NCBI GenBank assembly: GCA_951406725.2
Contig: OX597817.1
Location: 77,624,001-77,688,000 of the forward strand
DNA from: Octopus vulgaris
Taxonomy: Eukaryota
Direction: 5' to 3'
DNA: 64,000 nucleotides
A program made the position numbers and the translations under genes. Under the pieces are notes generated by a model. That model was given only the letters and a program-made list of their open reading frames with translations. It was not told the origin of the DNA and did not search any database. Shown one piece after another: positions 54,633-64,000 of the stretch (the first letter of the stretch is position 1; every line of letters begins with the position of its first letter).

Positions 54633-55429
54633 TATATTAAACGTTTTTATAAGTCAATATCATGTTCTATTGTGTTACCAATGCGCTTTCCATCCGATGG
54701 GTGATGATGAAGGGGCCAAAAATCCCGAAATATGTCATATATGCCCATTACCCATTTTTCATCTTTGATCTCATTGCTTGTTTACATCTGACATCTCGGA
54801 TACGAAGCGTCGTAACAAAACTTAGTGATGGCTACAGTTTCTATTGAATATCTATACAGATGACATTACAAGTGATTTTCTTCCTCGAAGTTACATTTTG
54901 GGACATCATAACACAGGCATGTAGGGACTTCTAATCGTATCCAGATATCGTCGCTTTGAATGACGAATCCTGGAAGAACTTTTCCAGGTGTCATTTAAAG
55001 ACTAAGGGATCATGTTCCTTGATATTTTGGAATGCTGTTGAATAGGGTTGCTTTATAATAAAATTCTGCCGCAATGAGGTTTTTCTTTCGGAGTTTCATT
55101 TTTAGAAGGGCGGCTCATACCTTATCTCAGATTTGCATAGTTTTTAAAATTCGATGCTTACATCATTTTGGATGGTCTATATAGCGATGCATATTTTTTT
55201 TAATTTACGCTTTGTTACTGATATCACTTGTGGTTACTGCTGCTGGTTTAATTCATCATTTATAGTTAATCTTTAAATTTTCTTAATGAATATTGTGGTT
55301 TTCTCATGGGGTCCTAATTTTATTTTTATTTACGCATTATGTCGAGTAGAGAGTTTAGTTTCAGCATATATTGGCAATTATATACTAAAATATCCACCAA
55401 ATCAGTTTAGTGTATGAAGAAGTGGGCGC

Positions 55430-56070
55430 GTGTATGTATGATTTATGTACATGCGCATGTGTTGTGTGTATGTATGTAAGTATATATATATATGTATATA
55501 TGCTGTATGAATGTATGTTGTATGTATGTATGTATGTATGTATGTATGTATTTATGTATGTATTTATGTATATGTGCTGTATGTATGTATGTATGTGTAT
55601 GTATGTATGTATGTATGAATGAATCTATTTATGTATGTTTGTATGAATGTATGTATGTATGTGTCTATGTATGAATGTATGTATATGTGCTGTATGAATG
55701 TATGTATGAATGTATTTATGTATGTATGTATGTATGTATGTATGTATGTATGTATGTATGCGCGCTGTATGTATGTATACTGCATGTTTGTATACATGTC
55801 GATGTATGTATTTATGTATGTATATGTGTATGCTTGCTGCATGTATGAATGTATGCCGAATGTATGTACGTATATATATGATGTATGTATGTATGTATGT
55901 ATGTATGTATGTATGTATGTATGTATGTATGTATGCAAGTTGTATGTATGTATGTATGTATGCACGCTGTATGTATGTATGTATATATGTATGCTGTATG
56001 TATGTACGTATATATGTATGTGTTTTGTATGTATGTATTACGTGCATGTGCGTGTGTGCGTATGAGTATA
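55430..56070. repeat. Degenerate (TATG)n microsatellite field
   Basis: Seen directly. Confidence 0.9.
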
Positions 56071-56313
56071 TGTGCATAAAAAACAAGTCGACAAGCACCA
56101 GCCATAGATAACTTCTTCCTAGTTTGGTCTGTTCCGAGGTATATTATCAAGAGGAAATACTTGTGCTGTGTGTATGAACTTGTGTGTGTGTGCGAGTGTG
56201 CATGCGTGTATTATGTATTTGTGTATGTGTGTGATGTGTACTTTGCTTCGTTTTTTTCTCTCTCTCTCTTTCGACCTCTGGGACTCATAAGACAGCTTAC
56301 ACGGTTTTCATGA

Positions 56314-56503
56314 CAGGGTGCGGCAGAAATACCTCCCACATTTTAAGCTTTCAGCTATGTGTTGCTAATGAACTTATGCAAGAGCCAATGAACAAAAACT
56401 GAAACCTTTTGTTTAAACAAGAGTAAAATTAATTTTTCATAAATGTTGTTTCTTTTCCCTTTTGTCAACCTTTCAAATGTGGGAGTATTTCTGCCGCACC
56501 CTG
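56314..56503. mobile_element. Tc1/mariner-type MITE
   Basis: TIRs CAGGGTGCGGCAGAAATAC(C)TCCCACATTT / AAATGTGGGAGTATTTCTGCCGCACCCTG. Confidence 0.8.
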
Positions 56504-56717
56504 TATAAGTGACCGAGATCTCAACATCACCCTTGAATGGAACGCTTGTTCGTTGCGGGTTTTAAAGCTAGCAGTTTCGAGTGGAAGAGCAAGTCGACTA
56601 CATCGATCCCGGTACTTGAATAGCACTTTATTTTCTCGACCCCCGCAGTATGTATGTATGTATGTATGTATGTATGTATGTATGTATGTATGTATGTATG
56701 TATGTATGTATGTATGT

Positions 56718-57277
56718 TATGTCAGGTCACTTTCGAGTGCTACTGGTAACAAGTAACCCAGTACAACCTGTTGCATGGTCGGGTCGCTGGCGACTAAACC
56801 GGCAACCCCACCAAGCTTGCTTGGTGAGGAGTGTGTTTATTGGACACCCTGCGGGATGAAAAACAAAACCCGTCAAAGGGCGGAGAAACTCTTGAGAGTC
56901 AACGGCTATCCAATAAAAACCTTAAGGCTGTATCATGCGCGGGGACATAGAAATAATCGGACTGAATACCCGATCGCGCAGTTAAACCATTTGGGAGTGA
57001 AGGACTCCCAGCCTTTGTTAGGGCATCCTTCTAGGAGAAGGTAACTCAGGAAACTGGGATAACTCCGACATAAAACCTGCGACTCAGTGGTTACCGATGA
57101 TGTTGACTTGTTCTTCTTTTCGGATTATGGCTGTTGTTGCTTAGTGAGTGGGATTGACTCAGTGCACAGCCTTTCCTCACTTTAAAAAAATCTTCTTGCA
57201 CAGGCATTGCACGATAACAACATTGATTAAGCTTCGTGCAATGGCCATACTCGATAACGAGGGGGCAGCCACCACCA
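56718..57277 (+). mobile_element. Non-autonomous RTE derivative (probable 5' UTR joined to the 3' tail)
   Basis: Last 45 bp or so are identical to the 3' end of the LINE at 50830-50874; no ORF; flanked by (TATG)n. Confidence 0.6.
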
Positions 57278-57291
57278 TGTATGTATGTATG

Positions 57292-57543
57292 TAAATTTAA
57301 AATGAGGGCGAAAAATTGAATATTGATTTGATTAATATCAATTTAAAACCAGTGGTCTAGCATATTAAAATCTGATGGTCCAGAAAATTATGTTACATAC
57401 ATATAAGGGGGATGACCACAACGTGGACAACACTTATGCTAGAAGTAGATCCGCTATGGTCATACCATAGCGGCATACCATAGCGGATCTACTTCTAGCA
57501 TAAGGGTTGTCCACGTTGTGGTCATTCCTCTTATATGTATGTA

Positions 57544-57547
<4 letters not shown>
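57292..57547. mobile_element. Fold-back repeat family F1, copy 2
   Basis: Arms at 57393-57460 and 57477-57544, with a 13-bp tandem duplication CATACCATAGCGG at the apex. Confidence 0.75.
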
Positions 57548-57574
<27 letters not shown>

Positions 57575-57659
57575 TGTATGTATGTATGTATGTATGTATG
57601 TGTGTATGTGTGTATGTATGTATGTATGTATCTGTCTGTCTGTCTCTCTCTATAATATA

Positions 57660-57977
57660 TTCTCTTACTTGCTTGAGTCATTTCACTGCGGCCATGCGGG
57701 AGCATCGCCTTTAGTCGAACGAATCGACCTCAGGACTTATTCTTTGTATGCCTTGTACTCAATCTATCGTTCTCTTTCGTCGAACCGTTAAGTTGCGGGG
57801 ACGTAAACACATCAACATCGGTTGTCAGGCGATGGTAGGGGGACAAACACAGACACACAAATACATACATACGTACATACATACATACATACATACATAC
57901 ATACATACATACAAACATACATACAAACATACATACATACATGCAAACATACATACATACATACATACATACATACA

Positions 57978-58011
<34 letters not shown>

Positions 58012-58162
58012 CATACATACATACATACATACACATGTGTGTGTACATATATATATATATATATATATAGTTAATCCAAACATGAAAACACAAGGAGAAA
58101 ACACAACAACGCGAGGATGTGGAACAAATATAGTATTATTGGATGCTCAGGAAAGAAGGAAA

Positions 58163-58201
<39 letters not shown>

Positions 58202-58350
58202 GGGCTTCTTTCAGTTTCCGTCTACCAAATCCACTCACAAGGCTTTGGTCAGCCCGAGGCTATAGTAGAGAACACTTGCCCAAGGTGCTACGCAGTGGGA
58301 CTGAACCCAGAACCGTGTAATTCGGAAGCAAGCTTCTTACCGCACAGCCA
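57660..58350 (-). mobile_element. SINE family A with an H1 fragment in its microsatellite
   Basis: Homology to family A; insert at 58070-58165. Confidence 0.8.
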
Positions 58351-58914
58351 TATAAAGGTTGGCAGTGGTTTGGAAGTTTCGAATGACTGGCCGTCATCAG
58401 AACATAACGAGCAGGAAGAAAAGAAAAAACAGCAGGGCATTTTGTCCGACCTCTCACGATTCTGCCAATATAATGGTTCTACCAAAAAAAGTCCAGGAGC
58501 AAAAAAAAATTTTCCATGATAAATAAATTTCCTTTCTGTCTTCTAATTTTAATTGCTTATGTTCTGTTCTTCGAATGTTTTTCTCGTTATGTCTTACTTT
58601 CTATATGTTGCCGACTTATTTTGTGTTTACTTTTATTTGTAGCTTAATCTCCTGCTGTTGTTTTATTCATCTAGCTAAGATTGTTATTGTTGTTGTTGTT
58701 GTCTTCGTTACTTCTGCGTTTTTGTTTCCCCCTCGTTTTTGTGTAACATTATTCAGCCCTAACTTCGGTTTCGTATTTGGTTTGCAAGATTCTAGATGTA
58801 AATTCGTGTGTTGAAACAAGTTCTGTTGTGTCTTGGGTGAGTCATTACACCAGTAATAAACACACGCACTGCTTCGATTCCACTTCTTTATTATTAGCCA
58901 ATTGGTTAAATATC

Positions 58915-59469
58915 TGACACTCTGTCGGTCACGACGATGAGAGTCCCAGTTGATCCAATCAACAGAACAGCCTGCTCGTGAAATTAACGTGCATGTGGCT
59001 GAGCACTCCACAGACATAAATAATAATAAATAAATGCGCCCTTTTAAAGCCTAGCCAGGCTCATGGGCCAGGTTTCCCGGTTTCAATGGCGTATGTGTCC
59101 CCCAGCCGGATGGGACGCTAGTCCATTGCAGCGTTACTCATTTTTGCCAGCTGAGTGGACTGGAGCAACGTGAAATGAAGTGTTTTGCTCAAGAACACAA
59201 CGCGTCGCCCGGTCCAGGAATCGAAACCACAATTTTACGGTCACTAAGCCACGCGCCTCCACAGATATACGTACCCTTAACGTAGTGAAATACAGTGTGA
59301 CAAGGCTGGTCCAATGAAATAAAGGCACTACTCATTTTTGCCAGATGAGTGGACTGGAGCAACGGGAAATAAAATGTCTTGCCCAAGGACACAACGCATC
59401 GCCGAGAATTGAACTCACAACTTTACGATTACGAGCCAAATACCCTAACCACTAAGCCACGCGACTTCA
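58915..59469 (-). mobile_element. Nested SINE family C-type insertions
   Basis: Bounded by the direct repeat TGGTTAAATATCT (about 58903-58915 and 59470-59482), a likely TSD. Confidence 0.7.
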
Positions 59470-59577
59470 TGGTTAAATATCTAACCAACCAACTACTTGA
59501 TCGTTTGTTTAATGTGTTGGTTAAAAAATCAATCGGTTGTTTGTTTGTCAAAGTTCTTTCGCCGCTATTCGCAAACT

Positions 59578-59792
59578 CTTTTACTCTTTTACTTGTTTCA
59601 GTCATTTGACTGCAGCCATGCTGGAGCACCGCCTTTAGTCGAGCAAACCGACCCCAGGACTTATTCTACCGGTCTCTTTTGCCGAACCACTAAGTTACGG
59701 GGACGTAAACACACCAGCATCGGTTGTCAAGCGATGTGGAGGGGACAAACACAGACACGCAAACACACACACACACACTCACACACACACAC

Positions 59793-59836
<44 letters not shown>

Positions 59837-60000
59837 GACGGGTTTCTTTCAGTTTCCGTCTACCAAATCCACTCACAAGGCTTTGGTCGACCCGAGGCTA
59901 TAGTAGAAGACACTTGCCCAAGGTGCCACGCAATGGGACTGAACCCCAGAACCATATGGTTAGCAAACAAGCTACTTATCACACAGCCACTCCTGCGCCT
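59578..60000 (-). mobile_element. SINE family A, full length
   Basis: Ends exactly at the AGGCGCAGGAGTGGC head on the minus strand. Confidence 0.85.
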
Positions 60001-60234
60001 AGCGACAAAAGAACTTCGACACTGAGCTGACAGTGAAGCGAGAGAAAAAGTCATTGATGAGGCAGCAAAGAAAGAACTTGGGCTTGCAAACAAACACTCG
60101 ATTGATTGTTTGACCAGCACATTTAATAAACGATCAGTTAGTTAGATGGTAAGATATGTAGTCCATTGACTAACAACGAAGAAGTGGAATTGAATCTATG
60201 CGTGTGTTATTATTGGCGTAATGACTCTCCCTTT

Positions 60235-60585
60235 GAAGGTGCATAGCTCAGTGATTAGTGAGTCGGGCTCCCAATCACGAGGTATTGAGTTCGATTCCGG
60301 GATCGGGCTGTGTGTTGTGTTCTTCAGCAAGACATTTTACTTCACGTTGTTTCATTTCACTCAGCTGTAGAAATGAATTGCAACGTCACTGGTGCCAAAC
60401 TGTATCGGCCTTTGTCTTTCCCTTGGAGAACACCGATGGCGTGGAGAGAGAAGAGTGGTATGCATGGGCAACTTCTGGCCTTCCATAAACAACCTTGCCC
60501 AAACTTGTACTTCGGAAGGGAACTTTCCGGGTTCAATCCCATGTTCATTCATGACCGAAGGGGGCCATTACCCTTTACTCTTTAG
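60235..60585 (+). mobile_element. tRNA-derived SINE related to family C
   Basis: TAGCTCAGTGA A-box, GAGTTCGATTCC B-box, TTGTGTTCTTCAGCAAGACA core. Confidence 0.65.
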
Positions 60586-60767
60586 TAATTCTCCCAAGAC
60601 ATGACATAACCAATCAGAAGCTTACAAATAGAGTAAACCCTAGCGTTGGTTTTCGCATGCAAATCTTAAGAAGATATTTTTACTGTGTTGTTTTCTGAAA
60701 AAAATTCATGCTCACTGAAAACATTTTGTTTGTAGACAATATTTGGAAAATATGTTTTTCTTTCCAG

Positions 60768-60887
60768 CCACTCGGTTCCGGGTTGAGTCCTACTGCATAG
60801 TACCTTGAGCAAGTGTCTTCTCGTATAACCTCGGGTCGAACAAAGCCTTATGAGTAGATTTAGAAGACGGAAACTGAAAGAAGCACA

Positions 60888-60928
<41 letters not shown>

Positions 60929-61130
60929 TGTGTGTGTTGGGGTCTCTATTTGTCTTCCACCACTGCTTGTCAACCAGTAATGGTATGTTTAGTAAAAGAG
61001 ACCGCTAGAACAAGTACCAGGTTTCACAAGAAAAAATATGTACTGGGGTTGATTTGTATAACTAAAATTCTTCAAGGCGGTGCCCCAGTATGGCCACACT
61101 TTAATGACTGAAACAAGTAAAAGATAAAAA
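60768..61130 (+). mobile_element. SINE family A, diverged
   Basis: Homology to family A. Confidence 0.7.
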
Positions 61131-61573
61131 ATAAAAGTAAAGCAAGGTGGCTTGCTCCATGACCTTATATTGAAACTGACAAAGTAACGCCGTGAACGAA
61201 ACAACTTGGCCACTTAAAAACACACAAAACCTACTGAACTTGCTTTTTATTTAATTTTTGAGATGTCGCAGCGGTGCAACGACAATTTTGATCCTCAAGA
61301 AATATATAAAAATATTCATGTTTTTTTTTTTGCATATTTTTGAAAAGCAAAATTAGTTTCGCGATGTAATTACTTTCTGTTTAATAAAATTGAAAAGAAA
61401 TGTTCTCATTTTGAAAATGTTTGCTGTTTTAATCTCGGAGTTAATTTTAGAGTTCTTTTCTTTTTGTTTGTTTTTCACCCGAACTCGTGCGTTGAAGCTA
61501 ATGCAATTACATCATAGAATCATAGAAGGACCCTTTTAGCTATCTGAAAACACACAAAAGCTATTAAATTTAC

Positions 61574-61885
61574 AGGGTGTTCGGGCAAAATTTTACGATT
61601 TTTTACGTCTAGTTTTTCTCAGGAACAGCTTGAAATATTGGTGAACAGTCAAAGTCGCTGCAAAGCATAAAGATTAAAGTTGTACTTAAAAAAAACATTA
61701 GTTGACATGGAGGACTAGAAGCCATCTGAATATTGAAAAAAAGTTTCTTATATCGTGATGATTCGCGCCGGGTATAAAAATGCCAACATCATAACAGTTG
61801 TTCAATGCGCTATAAACATTGTAAAGACTGTAAGACCATGGACAGCTTCAATGGAAACTATGACACCTTGGCCAACATGAAGATG
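61574..61885 (+). mobile_element. 5' fragment of a Tc1/maT-like transposon
   Basis: TA-CAGGGTGTTCGG start; decayed frame IVMIRAGYKNANIITVVQCAINIVKTVR. Confidence 0.45.
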
Positions 61886-62365
61886 ATACACACGGACTCG
61901 AATTTCTGGGTGGTTACCTGTCCTCAGCATGTGTTAATCACTGGCTAGTGATAAAATCTCATTCCACTCGCAAATTACTATATACTTTTCTAGCAATTCA
62001 CTGCCGCTCATCTCGTAAAAGATAGAGATATGTTATATTAAATCTTTGAGCGAGATATCAACAGTAGCGGTACGGAATCGTATCATGTATTTGCCAACTA
62101 AGTGTGGTATCCTATACAGGACAGTGCTACTGCAGGAAGACATCTCCGCCAGCTGGCTAATGTCACACAGTCTGTGTCCGATTAGTATTTACGAGGGGAG
62201 GTCATCACTCCCATCTCTAGCCTTACGTGATATACATGGACTCGAGTTTCTGGGTGGTTACCCGTCCTCAGCGTGTGTTAATCACTGGCTAGTGATGAAA
62301 GCTCATTCCACTCGCTCATTACTACATACTTTTAAAGCGACTCACTGTCGCTGATCTCGTAAAAG
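61884..62365 (+). repeat. Direct repeat of about 135 bp (61884-62021 and 62229-62365)
   Basis: GGACTCGA(A/G)TTTCTGGGTGGTTACC...ATCTCGTAAAAG occurs twice. Confidence 0.8.
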
Positions 62366-62374
62366 GCAGCCGCA

Positions 62375-62674
<300 letters not shown>

Positions 62675-62984
62675 AAATAGTAAAAAGACAAAGTAATCCG
62701 TTGATACATCTTTAATGATCGTTACAATTGTTTCTGTACCAACTCTGCTTGCTTGCAACGCCAGTTTACACAAAAATTCGAAGTGAAAAATTAGAGTGGC
62801 ATTTCATCATACTAGCATCAAAGGGCACACCTTTGGTGTACACTTGCATTTTGCGTCTTTCGGACATTATTTATTTATTTATTGCTTATATTGGGAGGGA
62901 ACAAAAAGTAAATAAAAATGTGGTCAAAGGATGAATAAGAACCTATGACTTTTGCTCTCTCTCTCTCTCTCTCTTTCACTCTCT

Positions 62985-63057
<73 letters not shown>

Positions 63058-63068
63058 ATATATATATA

Positions 63069-63295
63069 CTTTATTTTAAGCAGCAGAAAATTCAACAAAA
63101 TCTGTAACTCTGAGTTTCTCGTTGCCGTTCATCAGACAGTTTTTGCTAGAAAAAACTGTCTGATGAACGGCAACGAGAAACTCAGAGTAACAGATTTTGT
63201 TGAATTTTCTGCTGCTTAAAATAAAGCATATTACTCTACCACTGGTATTTGAGTACTCTTTTTCCACCTTGTTTCACATTTATGTGTTTACTCCG

Positions 63296-63297
<2 letters not shown>
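63069..63297. mobile_element. Fold-back hammerhead element family H3, copy 2
   Basis: Palindrome at 63069-63226; flanked by (TA)n. Confidence 0.8.
63156..63193 (+). ncRNA. Minimal hammerhead ribozyme motif (mirror copy at 63102-63139, minus strand)
   Basis: CTGT-CTGATGA-A-CG(GCAA)CG-A-GAAA-CTC(A)GAG-TA^ACAG. Confidence 0.7.
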
Positions 63298-63334
<37 letters not shown>

Positions 63335-63451
63335 CATACACACGTGCAACTTTTAAAGGATACAAAAATGTAAGCCTAAAGGCTTAACGAACTCTTTTCC
63401 TCTTTTCCTTTTTCTTTTTCCTCCTGTCTATATTCCTCCGATAAACTAAAT

Positions 63452-63531
63452 CATTCTGATGACGGTTGCTACATGGAACGAGATAAATGCAAATTTACCT
63501 CAAAAATAACAAACTGAAACAGCTGTAAATG
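63452..63531 (+). ncRNA. Hammerhead ribozyme motif with large loop II
   Basis: CATT-CTGATGA-C-GGTT...AACT-GAAA-CAGCTG-TA^AATG; palindromic stem III ACAGCTGT. Confidence 0.6.
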
Positions 63532-64000
63532 TTATTTTAACTACAATTAAACTATGACCATTTAATACTAATGATCAACTTGTAATTGTTAATTGCTGCT
63601 CCATTTCTTTTCTTATCTGAATATATTAAACCACAGTTTATCATTTAAATCACCAACTACTGACAATCTTATAGCAACGCCTATACATAGTGAGGTAATA
63701 CACCAGTATATCCTACAGATACATTTATCCCTTAGACTGTTGCATAACCTCTAACTCATAATTTTATATGTGTGTGTGTATATATATATATTTACATGTG
63801 TTGTATATAGGGATAAATATGTGTGAACGTATATGTGCGTGGGCGAACGTCAGTGTGTCGAGAAGTATGAAGCATATGTTTGAGAATGAATATATGCTAA
63901 ATATTTAGCATAAAGAATATGAATATGGTTACAAGTATCTAATTGTAAATTCATTTACTCTGTCTGGCTGGAAATGTCTGTACGGAAGTGTCTGCTTGTA

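Noticed and set aside
57372-57392. CTGATGGTCCAGAAA as the ribozyme of family F1
   Set aside because: Core incomplete and not matched in the copy at 20.4 kb

Overview
AT-rich, repeat-saturated eukaryotic non-coding DNA. The tRNA-derived SINE families and the extreme (TA)n/(TATG)n/(GATA)n/(AAT)n load suggest an octopus-type cephalopod genome (inference). I found no credible host exon: almost all listed ORFs are microsatellite or SINE read-through. Recognisable parts are three tRNA-headed SINE families, decayed mariner, maT and hAT transposons and MITEs, non-autonomous Helitrons and Helentron-type HINEs, and RTE-like and R4/Dong-like LINE remnants. The main hidden signal is at least 6-7 unrelated families of short (about 200-650 bp) non-coding elements in (TA)n tracts. 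Each carries a type I hammerhead-ribozyme motif (stem I, CUGANGA, stem II, GAAA, short often palindromic stem III, UH, stem I). Many are fold-backs, and where two copies can be compared the arms match each other better than the sister copy. This fits non-autonomous Penelope-like or retrozyme elements that favour microsatellites. All folds were read by eye and none is tested.
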